This document shows positions 1 through 11,778 of a stretch of DNA of 64,000 nucleotides, one piece after another. The position numbers and the translations under genes are program-made. Position 1 is the first letter of the stretch. Each line of letters starts with the position of its first letter. The DNA lies in contig OZ024743.1 in the NCBI GenBank assembly GCA_964016885.1, forward strand, positions 159,588,001 through 159,652,000, read 5' to 3'. This stretch comes from Eledone cirrhosa (lineage: Eukaryota). The notes below the pieces were generated by a model. The model was not told where the DNA came from. It searched no databases and saw only the letters and a list, made by a program, of their open reading frames with translations.

Positions 1-878
1 ACACACATATAACACCTTCTATTTTAGAAAATAAAAACCAGAACTAAACAAACCTTAACATACGTTAATACTCTAACACTTTAAGATGCTACCCCCTCAC
101 ACACACACACAGATAACTCCCTCCCCCATTTCTACTAACGGAATCATTTTCCTACACACACACACAAAAAATATATATATTCTCTCCATCTTAACATGCT
201 AACCATACTCCCACACACATACACACACCCACATAACATCCATACAGACACTCACAACTCCATCCCCCATTTTTTCTAATAGAATCATTTTCCTACATAC
301 ACACACACAAGCACACAAATAAACATACATATCTCTACTTTCTTTATTTCAATAGAAAGTCTGAATTTTGACACACCAGCATACCAGCACACTGAACCAG
401 AAAAATTCTCCTCATCCCGTTTTTCTTGACCATTATCTTTTGTTTGGCACAACATTCTCTAAAAGGCTACAAAATAAATTCCCAAATACGGGCGCGAATT
501 TAATGTACTTGTTCACGTGACTTTAATAATTTCATGTATAACCAATCAACTTACATTTATAAAAAAAAGCCTTCGTAAGCCACCTTTTTTTAAAGCTAAA
601 AGAAATTCAAACACAAACTGGCGCGAAAGCTGATGTGCATGAACCAACCAAACTTCACTCATATATGAAAAAACAACCTGAGCCCCCCGCCCCCTTCTTT
701 GAAGGCAAATATAATAATAACTTTGTAAAGCGAACTGGCGCGAAATTTATTATGCTTATCCACCAACCAACCAAATTACTTCTCTAAAAACCTAGCATTT
801 CGAGCCAATTTTTTCAAAATTAACATTCAAAAACCGACCAGATGTGAGAAAAACCACAAACCCTCCATCTCAATTCTA

Positions 879-914
879 CTTTTGAAAAGCAGAAGAACTG
901 CGAAACCGGTAAAG
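879..914 (+). ncRNA. Minimal type I hammerhead ribozyme motif, U3-A8 core variant
   Basis: ctt-TTGAAAA-gcag aagaa ctgc-GAAA-ccgg-TA-aag: stem I ctt/aag, 4-bp stem II, palindromic CCGG stem III loop as in Penelope-associated hammerheads; core is UUGANAA instead of CUGANGA. Confidence 0.7.
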
Positions 915-930
915 GAACTAAATAAATATA

Positions 931-1572
931 TCTGTATATATATAAAATTAAGTATGTGTGTGTGTGCGTGCGTGTGTGTATGTGTGTGTGTGCGTGTGTG
1001 TGTGTGTCTGTGTATTACCTATAGGGGCCTACATCTTACGACTGATTTTCATGAAACTTTGCAGGCTCATAGATTAGCCATCGGGTAGTGTTTCTATATA
1101 TCAGCGTATCGTTTTTTTATTCCGGGGTCATTCTGCAGATAAAATTGATAGGGGGGGGGGGGTCAACTTTTTTTAGGTATCGAAAAATAAAATTTTTGGC
1201 TCTAGCTCCCACATTTTGCCAGCGATTTCCTTCAAATTTTACAGTACGCTAGAACTGATCATTTCACGTCTTAATATGGCTTTATATTTTGGATTTTTTG
1301 TTCACGAACGGCGTGGCAGACGCTTAAATATTCGAAAATACCACCTTTTTGCTCAAATTTCCGCCTTTTTGGCTCTAGCTCCCTCATTTTTCAACCAATT
1401 TCGTTCAAATTCGAAACCCGCGTTTCTCAGTGATAGACGTCATCACCAGCCTCCCCCGTATGGCCTGTGTGTGGCCATAGATGTCATCGAGAAGCAGTCG
1501 CTAAGATCAACACCTTTTCATCAAAGCAGATATTATTTTACCTACCCAGGCAACGCTGGGTACTGCTGCGAG
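931..1572 (+). mobile_element. Non-autonomous Helitron-like element
   Basis: Begins A|TCtgtatatatataaaa followed by (GT)n; ends with hairpin acccaggcaacgctgggt then CGAG|T (variant of CTAG|T); same architecture as 63315-63938. Confidence 0.65.
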
Positions 1573-1974
1573 TATTTTTATAAAAAAAGACTCCAGTTGC
1601 ATTTTCGATTTCATCATTTTACCTTATACTTTTAGAGATAAAATTTTGGCCGTTTGGACTGCTGCTATTTCTAGTGGCAGGACATTGACCTGTCCACCCT
1701 GCCGTTTGTCTTTGCACACGGCACCAGACAGAATTATTTCTTTCATCATCCGCTCTCATTTGGGAATGGTTTTGTATGGTGTCAGTTTGTGATTTGAACT
1801 CGGGAATCTTATATTCTCCGAGGGAGAAGAGCTTTCTGAAGATTGGTCCCTTCTCAATGGAAATCCGCTTGGATTTTCCGTTTATTCATGATACCGCGGT
1901 AAAGGCACATATAGTAAGTACAGTGAATTTTTTTTAATTTATTTTAACACTTTTTCTCTATTTGCTAGACTTCG

Positions 1975-2120
<146 letters not shown>

Positions 2121-2169
2121 CGTACGTATGCATGAACTTGCGTGTGTGTACAGAGACGTATACATGTAT

Positions 2170-4330
2170 AAGACTAAGTAGTTTTATGCGGATCTAGATA
2201 CCTAACTGTATTTGCCAAGTGATGTTGGCTGCCGTCACGTCCTTTCGGAATATTCGTCGCCAGATAAACCGGGGACAACCCCACCTCCGCTTACCGCCAG
2301 GTGTAGACCAGTTGATCGCTGTTTTCGAGTGCCGTTTGTCGGGCAGGCACAGAAAATGGCCAGCCAGGTGGCACCGGCGCTCAGACCATCTTCTGTAGCG
2401 TCCACGTCTCGGCCTTCCCAAAGATTTTCTCGTTTCGCACTCGGTTGCGCCAAGACACACGAAGGATCATTCCCAAGGACCACTGGTGGAAAGCGTTCAG
2501 CCGTCTCTCTATTTTTGCCGTACGCTTCCAGGTTTCGCTCACGTAAAGCACTGTCGGCAGCACGATGCTCTTGTACCGGCACAGCTTGATCCTCGTGCTG
2601 ATACATGAAGGTGACAAGTCTGAGTGCAACTGCTGAAAAACTGTGGATACTCTGCCGATCCGACAATTGATGTCGAGCTCCGCGTCACCATTGTTTGTCA
2701 GGATGCTGCCCAGATACGTGAAGTGATCGACCTCTTCCAGGTCGTGTTGGTTGACTCTGATCACTGGACCTATGTTGTTGGCTGTTCTCATCACCTTGGT
2801 CCTTTTGGTGTTGATTCTCAGGCCCATCTTTTCCGCACTCTCTTGCAGGGATTTTGTTAGGGCCTGCAGATCTGCATTGACTTCAACGACCAAAGCTATG
2901 TCGTCGGCGAATGCTAGGTGCTTCAGTCACGACTGGCTTCTCTATGGGATTCCTCGACCAGGCACTTCCTCTATTCGCCTTAGAACGAAATGCGCTGCCA
3001 ATAGGAACAACAGCGGAGAGATAATGCAAGCCTGTCAAAGAACTCCGTCAAACCGGACTCAGTTCGCACGCAGCAGCTGGAGTTTGCTTACATGGCCTTA
3101 AAATGGCGATGAATCTTGCAGTAATGTCGTACGAGTGCTCGATATTCCACAGCGATTCCCAAAGCCCACTGTCGAATACTTATGGAAATCAATGAAGTTG
3201 ACCGCCAAAGGGTGCTGGAGCTCAACGCATTATTCGAGGATGTTGCGTAGTGTGAAGGTCTTTCCGGTGCAAAATCGATTGTTTAAGAAGCCGGCTTCTT
3301 CCTCCCCGTGCACACATACGACAGCCTACCAGAGTCGACGCAGCAGCACAGTGGAGAATGCCTTGCCTGTGACTGACAACAAGGTAATACCACGCCAGGT
3401 GTTGCAGTCGGCCAGGTTTACCTTCTTCGGCAGTTTGACGATGAAACCGCGTTGCCACTTAAGAGGAACTAGACCAACCATCCAGCAGTGGTTCATCAAG
3501 CTTGTCAACGCTGTTGGTTGGTTCAGCGTCTTCCGTAAGTGCTCCATCTATCTCTGGTCCTGTACTCCCTGTTGGTCCTTCACTGACATGTTTACACCGC
3601 TCGACACTCCCATCAACTCCCTCACGATGCGGAACAGTGTTTTCATGTCGTTGCGACCAGCAGCTTCCTCTGCCTCAGCACCTTTTTCTCCAGCTAGACG
3701 CATTTGTCTCACCGGTAGCTTCGCTTTACTAGTCGGTCGATTTGGTGGTAGGCGGCATCTCTTTTCTATTAGTCTTCCTCCAATCTGGTGGAATTTTTCG
3801 CTTTCTTTCGTTTGTCAATCAGGTCCCACGTTGGTTCCTGGAGCCTTTGTCCTGTGTCAGTCACTGCTTTTGTGAACATCGCCCATTGATGTTCCAGATC
3901 TGCAGCCTCACACATCTACTGGAATCGGCTGTGCAGCGCCAGTTGGTACAGTCGCGCTTGACCGTGATCCTTCAGCTTCTCCACTGCATACGGCGTCCCT
4001 TTTTCTTGTCGTGTCCGTTTCTTTAGGTGAACCTGAGATTCGGCACTCAGTAAGTGGTGGTCTGCGCCCACGTTTGCATCTCGTTACACTGCCGTTGATG
4101 CAGACGTAGCCGATCTCTTTGTGGCTTGTCTCGCCCAGGGACTGCCAAGTAGCTTTGTGAATCATCTTGTGTTTGAAGTAGGTGTTGCTGATGCACAAGC
4201 TATTGATGGCACGAAAGAGGTGCAGTCTCTCGCCACTGTCCGTGGTGCCTGCAGCAGAACCGAACGGCCCGGTGACCTGTCCCAGTCACTGTCTGTTGTA
4301 GTCAATCGGAGCGTTGACATCGCCGATCGG
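2170..4330 (-). mobile_element. Degenerate RTE-clade LINE (end of APE endonuclease, RT, C-terminus), 5' truncated
   Basis: Minus-strand fragments: NTYFKHKMIHKATWQS (APE end), KLPKKVNLADCNTWRGITLLSVTGK, LAFADDIAL near 2900, MGLRINTKRTKVM, HFTYLGSIL, LYVSETW, WSTPGGKRRWGCPRFIW; multiple frameshifts. Confidence 0.88.
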
Positions 4331-4348
4331 TTGTTTTATGTCATATAC

Positions 4349-4351
<3 letters not shown>

Positions 4352-4429
<78 letters not shown>

Positions 4430-4435
4430 ATGTGT

Positions 4436-4476
<41 letters not shown>

Positions 4477-4494
4477 GGGGGGGGTGTGTGTGTG
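4352..4494. repeat. (TA)n(TG)n compound microsatellite
   Basis: Directly visible. Confidence 0.95.
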
Positions 4495-5929
4495 CGTATA
4501 GTGTTCGTGATGGAGTTCTGGTCCTGTAGTTTAGAGTGAACAAGTTAAAAAAGTGTATATATATATATATATATTGAAATAGCGGTAGAGGATCTAAAGG
4601 AAGAAACATTTACCATTCTACAAGTTTAAGATTTAACATCTACATAAACACCGATATATTACTATAGATCGAATGATAACATTTTTAAAGATTTAAATAA
4701 TATTTCCATTAACACAATCCAAGGAAAATGAAGATAATAAAATGAAGATAATAAAATCTTCACAGATAAATGCGATTATGGACTAGGAGTATTTATTTTC
4801 CGAGACTGATATATTATAGAGATAGGTTATTAATTCCATTGTAATTATCGGCTGGAGGCTAGCTTTATCTCATTTTCTACTAAATCCAAACCCACGATAA
4901 GCACTGATATGAGCAGATACGTGATTTCTACATACGGTATATTATTTACTGAAATAAATTACTATTGATAATTAGTAAAATGAAATCTCCTTGATATATT
5001 TATTACGTAGCCTAATTGATTTTCTGGTCTTATGTCACTTGGTATGGGGCCGATTTATAATGAACGGCATTCTAAGTATTAATATGTCGTCTTTCTTAAA
5101 AAGGATTTGAAACTGTAACAAAAGGTCAAAATGATTGCTCGTTTATCTAGAATACTTAACATGATTTCTATACCATTGCAACAACTCATTTTCTTAAGCA
5201 GAGACCCTCAATATTACATAGGCTATATTAGATTTAATAAAGCGTTTAATAACGGATCAAATTCCGGCGACGTTTGCAAATTTATTTCAATCGTAAATAA
5301 AAGAAATGAAATAAATTTGACCTGACAAAACATGCTTAAATACTATCCTTTAAAGTCTGTAATCACAATTTACGTAACTACTCCGTCAACTTTCAACTCG
5401 TTACTGTGTACAATCGAACTAAACCGGATTAAAAGAAGCTGTTGTCCAGAAATGAAGATCTACTTTACGGTGCAATGAAATATATACTTATCAGACATCG
5501 TACTAAATGTTGCATGAAACATTTGTGTCATTTTATACTGAGAAAATTATCCAAAAATATTTATATGTATAGGGGTGTATCTGAAGGTGGATCTCTATTA
5601 TCAAATATTCTAAACCCAGGTGTATTGAATAAGGGACACAATATTGGTTCCTGAGTAAAAATATCATTTACAATCAATTGTTATTTCTCATCGTATGCTT
5701 ACATGGATAGTGGCTGCCGAAGGCTATTTTGAGAACTGTGCAATGGTAAGAGAGTTAAAGAAGCATACATACACACACAGGCACACGATAAAAGTTATTT
5801 AAAAATGGTATAGGATTTGTGTTCTATTGTTCGTTTATGTGAAGGTAGGGCTGCAGAAAGATGAGTATGTGATATAATGTTCACCTGGTGCTCTTCCTCT
5901 TGAAGAACTGCTTCACGATCCCTAAATTC

Positions 5930-7030
5930 AAGTACACGGTGCGCAGTCCACCTTGTCGCCCCCATGCAGATTTTCTCGGGGATCTCGACGCCACCATTCG
6001 ACATATGCAGAGGTCATCTGCGATGACAGTCTCGACCGCGCCGGCTGGCAACAGGTGAAGCTCCCAGCGAGGTTCGGTGGCCTCGGTCACCGATCAGCTT
6101 CGGATCGAGCTCTACCTGTCTAACTCTCCTGAATCTCCTCCAGTCGATCTCTCGTCAGTGAGATATCAGCCAGACAGCCGAATCTGACGTGGCCCCAGAG
6201 CTTAAACAGACTCTGGCCGACTGGACAGGCGAAGGCCTCTCTATCATCCAGTATACAACCGGCCGACGACATCAATTGCAGGTCTTCTTCCAGGTGGATC
6301 GAGTCTGGTTTAGATCAACACCACCTCATCTGCCTCCACCCGCTTCACAGCAAAACAGCGGTGCGTGGCTCAATTCGGAGCCCTCCTCATCAACTGTGAC
6401 CCTTCTTGATGATGAGTGCAGTCGCTTCGGAGTAGCCCAACGCTTCGGCTTTCGCATGTGTGAGCCACAAAAATGCTGTTGTGGGTCGGTCGTTCACAAT
6501 TTCGGCCTGCATCCACTGTCTTACCACCAGAGTGCAGGCCGGGTCCCACCGACAAGCCGCTCTCAACGACGTATTGAGAAGGAGCCTGAACGTAGCAGTC
6601 TTTCTATCACAACTAGAGCTAGCAGGCCTTGATCGCGGAGATGGCAAGCGTCCGGTGGGATCACTTTCTTCCCATTCGAAGGAGGTAGATCCTTCATGTG
6701 GGACGCGACATATTGAGATACGTTCTCCGCCTCCAACTTAGTCGCTTTGGCCACAAACCCCGGTACCACGGTCTATTATGCAGAGGAAAAGAAGATTAAA
6801 AAATACCGGGGATTGTTCGGCCGCTTCCTCTTCGCACCGGTCACCGTCGACACATCAGACGTACTGGGACCCCGTACTGTCGAGCCCCTCCGCAAGATCG
6901 GAAGGTCGGTGGCCCGTCTGAGGAATGCCCGCGCGGTGGGGTGGCTGTTGTAGTGGGTGTCGCCTGCCATTATCTGTGGGAATGCTGTTGCGGTCATGTT
7001 TGCGGGTCGCAGCCCCACAACCGCCATGCA
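5930..7030 (+). mobile_element. Degenerate CRE-clade non-LTR retrotransposon, 3' part with restriction-like endonuclease
   Basis: WQQVKLPARFGGLG, CCCG...GLHPLS...[43 protein letters not shown] and GNAVAVM motifs across frameshifts match the CRE-type C-terminal zinc knuckle plus PD-(D/E)xK domain. Confidence 0.75.
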
Positions 7031-7189
7031 CTAGGCCCAGAGCCCAACTCCCCTCATTCTTCTGAAACATCACAGTCCTTGCCATTCCCTCCCTTTTCCG
7101 TTTTTTGTCTTTATATTTTTCTGCTTTACATTCCCTCTTTTTTTCTCAATCTAAATTGTCTTTTTCTATCAAGGTGAGAGTTAGAATTA

Positions 7190-8360
7190 GTATAGTTACC
7201 GTGAATAGTCACGGGGTTACAATCTACAAGCCTTGTTGCTGGGCTAGTATAGGTCACCTGATAGTAGGTTGTTGCACTGGTTTTCTATTCTGCTTGCGAT
7301 GATATTGTGTTATGTTTATAGGACTTGTATTCTAATTTGGGAGAGGTGTGTTTGTGTAGCTTATTTGCATGTGTTTTTGTCTACTACGCAGAACTCTCCT
7401 CTTTTATCTGACGATATATAGACTACGTTTCTGTTCTTCAGTGAGCTGAGGACAAGCTTTTTCCTGTTTATCAGATTGTATAGTTATTGTTGTCCGTGTG
7501 CTATATTCCTGATCTTTAGAATTTTCTGACAAAATCTATCGACTCCATATGGATCATCCTTTGTCGGTGGTTTGGGGAAGTCCCCTTCGTAGAGGTAGAG
7601 CGTGACTTTTTTCTTGTTGTCCTCTTCTGTCTTGTCGTCCCCGTTGAGTTGGTGTGTCCATATACGCGCCTAGGCATATTCTTGAGATGGAGCTGGTGAT
7701 TTTGTGTTGAGGCATTGTGAGATCTATACCAACATTTAGTCTTTATTTCGTAGAAATAAATCCTCGTCGGCGAGTCTCCTCGAGGGTTGCGTGCCAGAGA
7801 AGTAACTGAGGATGTTATGTTTATATTTGCGGTTGTGTTGTTGCTATTGCTTGATTTGTGTATTGAAGTGTTTGTGTTACTGTATGTGTGTGTGTATTGT
7901 TGGTGCTGTTGTGCGTGGCGTGTGCGGTGTTGTGTGTATTGTGAACGCTTTGTCTTCACTTGCTTGTGCTTGTTTTTTTTTAGTAGTATATTTTCTGTTT
8001 GTGATCTGCAGAGGAGGTGTTCAAGTTTGTATTTCGACTTTGATTGTTAGTGTTTGCGTTTCATTTGGTTGATTTCCTCTATTACGTCTGGGCTGTGGGT
8101 TCTTGGGTAAGTGGGTGTGTGGAAGAATCTCTTGTTGAGGTGGTGGAGCTTTTTGTATTTTACTCGAATTATTTTGTTGATGATATACTTGAGGATGTTG
8201 TTCTTTGATCTCTTAGAAGATACGGAGATATCTAGGTGATATAGAGATTTTTCTGTTACCTGGTGCACTTTACATTGCTTTAGAAAGCAGATTTGCCAGT
8301 AGGTTCGTTCTCGTTTGTTGATATTGTCACAGAATTGTTGGAGAGGGAGATATGTGACAT
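7190..8360 (-). mobile_element. Degenerate Penelope-like element, N-terminal/pre-RT fragment
   Basis: Minus strand near 7340-7480 reads NLINRKKLVLSSLKNRNVVYISSDKRGEFCVVDK (PLE DKG-type motif); upstream QICFLKQCK resembles the PLE N-terminal FL..C motif. Confidence 0.5.
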
Positions 8361-9567
8361 GATATATATTTACGTTTTTCCGTATGCTTGTATATATGTA
8401 TGTATGTGTGTGTGTATGTATGTATGCATGAATGTATGCATGCATGTATGTATGTAAATGATTATGTAAAACGTACGAACATGTGGAAATTGCATGTTTT
8501 TTTCCTGGAAGCTGTACCCAGATCATCTTTGATATATATGTGTGTGAACGTTTGAAAGAGAGAGGGAGAGAGGGATAAAAAGAATGAAAGAAAGAGAGTT
8601 TAAGAAATGTATTTTCATGTATAAGCAGTATAAGCATGTATAAGCAGTAAAACACTGCCTTTGTAGTGTTTGCTAATTTTCTTTGTGCTTTTGTTTCTCA
8701 TATGATATTATTAAAGGCACAAAATATGTAATAAGTCGGGGTTTGTTATTTACTCTTGTGTCAATGTTATTTTTATTTTGTTTGAGAATTTCTATTGATA
8801 ATTTTTCTATATCCAACATTCCTACTCAATAAACTTTTTGTGAAATTCTGACATGTATTTTGTATACTTCTTTATTTGATCTTTATCGAATTCTGATGTA
8901 CATATTTCCTTATTAGTTCTTTCTGATTCTTCAGTTTTGTACATTTTGTAAGATTCATATGAAACCATGTTTTGAAACACATTTTTATACTTTGGGAACG
9001 TCATGTTGTAGATAAACACACAGACACACCAGTTGGGGTTTACGTTACTTTTATAATCAGTGAGGGGCTTTTTTTCTGAAGCCCTTCTGCTGTCCACATC
9101 TCCTGGGAATTTCTTACCACATAATTCATTAGTTTAATAACCAGATCATTATTAAGCTCTTTCACCAGACATTTGCACTGACAATACTTTCTCCTTTGTA
9201 TCACATCTTTGTTTTGTACTTGTTCTGTTTACACCCTCTTGTCAGTAGAGTGTATAAGGTTTGCGCATGTGCATGTATGTTTGAATCTGTCGAAGTACCA
9301 TTGTGTGCTATAAATTCCACACATTTACATACACACATATCTATATAAACATATGTGTAATCATACGCAAACAATATGTATGAATATGTAGGCGTGTGTT
9401 TATACATCTGTGATTGCACCCAATATTTTGTTTAAATGCATAAATAAAACATTGCAGTTAACATAAACATGCTTGATGAAGTTTAAGAAAACATTGAAGA
9501 AAATTATTATTATTGATTAAATGAATGTAAAATTAAATTATTGATATAAATGAATGTAAAATACGAT

Positions 9568-9716
9568 GAAAGAAGAAGAAGAAGAAGGAGAAGAAGAAGA
9601 AGAAGAAGAAGAAGAAGAAGAAGAAGAAGAAGAAGAAGAAGAAGAAGAAGAAGAAGAAGAAGAAGAAGAAGAAGAAGAAGAAGAAGAAGAAGAAGAAGAA
9701 GAAGAAGAAGAAGAAG
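9568..9716. repeat. (GAA)n microsatellite
   Basis: Directly visible; accounts for the poly-Glu ORF. Confidence 0.95.
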
Positions 9717-10004
9717 ATTATTATGATGATGGTAATGAAGACTCAGTGATTCAAGTGCCTTTTTTGTCTAACCAGGGAATTATACAATTAAATATTTTTT
9801 AATATACACGCCGCCATTTTTGATTGATACTATGATAGCATGTATGTGTTTGGGTATATACATACGTACATATCAGAAACAAGCTTCAATTCGTTGCTTC
9901 CAATCAATTATAAACTCCATCGATTACTATTTCATTACAAGTACAAACATTTCGCTACTTAACCGACATGGGTTCATGCAGAACCACTGCACCTCCGTAA
10001 GTTA

Positions 10005-10069
<65 letters not shown>

Positions 10070-10073
<4 letters not shown>

Positions 10074-10300
10074 TATGTATACGTACATACATATATATAT
10101 AGACGTACAGTAGTATATATATACATACATACATGCACACATATATACATGTACGTATGGGTTTACCGAACATTCATACATATATACATACTACTGTACG
10201 TCTACATACATATATGTATGTACGTATACATACTTATATTTAAGTATCAGCCGTACTAAGAGTGAGAAATGAAATTTCATTTTTTCCCTTTATATATGTA
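10070..10300. repeat. Fold-back fragment of the 50340-51340 repeat family
   Basis: agacgtacagtagta...gtttaccgaacatt, followed by an inverted copy tactactgtacgtct...gtactaagagtgagaaatgaaatttc that matches 50700-50800 in reverse complement. Confidence 0.75.
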
Positions 10301-10347
10301 TATATATATTAAAGAAGAAATTAAAAGATGGCTAAAGAAGTTCCATA

Positions 10348-10417
10348 TATTTTATTATGCACATTTCGAAAACAACATCATCCTAGGACAAAGATTGTGT
10401 TCTCATCAGATAAAATA
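10348..10417 (-). ncRNA. Type I hammerhead ribozyme motif with long stem II
   Basis: Minus strand: tattttat-CTGATGA-gaacacaat...gttgttttc-GAAA-tgtgca-TA-ataaaata; 8-bp perfect stem I, canonical core. Confidence 0.8.
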
Positions 10418-11006
10418 AGGTAACATGATGTGAGGCCTAAACACACTTGTCAACAGGAAAGTACAAAATCTACATATGACAGAAAACATAATAGTAAGGA
10501 AAAGTTAGGAAAATAGAAAAAAAGAATAGAAGAAGAGTGAGAAAAAAGGAAAAAGAAAGTGGGGGAGAGGATAAACGAAAAAAGTAAGAAACAGAGAGAA
10601 AGAAACAGAGAGAAAGAGAAAGAGAGAGAGAGACTTTTGATCAGGAACGTTGTCAAAATGAAAACCGCTATAAATACTTCTTTAACCATCTTTTAATTTC
10701 TTCTTTAATGTATACTCCAGTTCTACCAACTGTTGAGTGCTACTTATCTGATATATGCATAGTTTTATTGTTCTACAATATTACTCACCCTCTCTCTCTA
10801 TATATATATATATATTATATATTGTTATACTTAGGGAGTATCACATTGTTATAATATTACCAGAAATAATAACAGAACACACGCACTGTTTGGATTTGGT
10901 TGCTCTTCGCTCCTGTATCTTTTATATCTCCATAGTTAATTTATAATCAATGTTCATCATTGATTGACCAGCGGTTAAAAATACAGATATAAATATATAT
11001 ATAGTC

Positions 11007-11050
11007 TATCAAACTATTTTCGTCGCACATCTGCAACATCATCAGTGGTA
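11007..11050 (-). ncRNA. Minimal type I hammerhead ribozyme motif
   Basis: Minus strand: tacca-CTGATGA-t-gttgca gatg tgcgac-GAAA-atag-TT-tgata; 6-bp stem II, stem I with one mismatch. Confidence 0.7.
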
Positions 11051-11095
11051 CTATTATGTTTCCTCCCATTATACTGTAAAGTTTACGTCACCTTG

Positions 11096-11184
<89 letters not shown>

Positions 11185-11191
<7 letters not shown>

Positions 11192-11370
11192 TATTTTGCA
11201 ATACACTGTATGCTTAATTAAAAGTATAGTGTATTTTGCAATACACTGTATGCTTAATTAAAAGTACAGTGTATTTTGCAATACACTGTATGCTTAATTA
11301 AAAGTATAGTGTATTTTGGAATACACTGTATGCTTAATTAAGCATACAGTGTATTGCAAAATACACTATA
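11185..11370. repeat. 40-bp tandem array (about 4 units) ending in a fold-back
   Basis: Unit tagtgtattttgcaatacactgtatgcttaattaaaagta; the last unit turns at palindrome tgcttaattaagca into an inverted copy. Confidence 0.9.
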
Positions 11371-11725
11371 TATACATTCATATATATATCGCTTTTTCAG
11401 AGCGCCAATTCTAATTATCAATTTCTGCTTGACCGGCAACCGCTCTGTATAATCAGTTCCTGATTATTACTAGAAATTCTATAATAATCAAACATTCATG
11501 ATTTTCAGCAAACAGGTGGAGTACTTGGCTTTGATAAGTACCAATCAGTACGAAGCTCTGTCAGCTTTATCTCCTCCTGTTTGCTGAAAATTTAAAGTAA
11601 GTGAGACTGTCACAACTCTAAAACAATCGCGTAAGGTCTTCGAAATGCTTTTAATTAAGCATACAGTGTATTGCAAAATACACTATATATACATTCATAT
11701 ATATATCGCTATTTCAGAGCGCCAA

Positions 11726-11732
<7 letters not shown>
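11335..11732 (+). mobile_element. About 317-bp hammerhead-bearing repeat unit plus a partial second unit (pLTR/retrozyme-like)
   Basis: taattaagcatacagtgtattgc...cagagcgccaattctaat occurs at 11335-11415 and 11652-11732; encloses the hammerhead at 11501-11591; another fragment at 63011-63057. Confidence 0.65.
11501..11591 (+). ncRNA. Extended type I hammerhead motif, U3-A8 variant, A15.1 changed to G
   Basis: ggct-TTGATAA-gtac caatca gtac-GAAG-ctctg-TC-agct inside a long stem: attttcagcaaacagg (11501-11516) pairs perfectly with cctgtttgctgaaaat (11576-11591). Confidence 0.7.

Positions 11733-11778
<46 letters not shown>

Noticed and set aside
1830-1870. CTGAAGA...GGAAA hammerhead-like motif
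   Set aside because: Weak stem II, and no UH site with a pairing stem I
3135-3875. 246-aa plus-strand ORF and similar antisense ORFs over LINEs
   Set aside because: Shadow ORFs opposite retrotransposon coding sequence
8822-9190. Possible host exon or ORF on the minus strand
   Set aside because: No recognisable domain and no convincing splice structure
9566-9802. Poly-Glu ORF
   Set aside because: Translation of a (GAA)n microsatellite; no other coding evidence
11185-11340. Regular 40-bp array as a possible CRISPR array
   Set aside because: No unique spacers, no cas genes, eukaryotic repeat context
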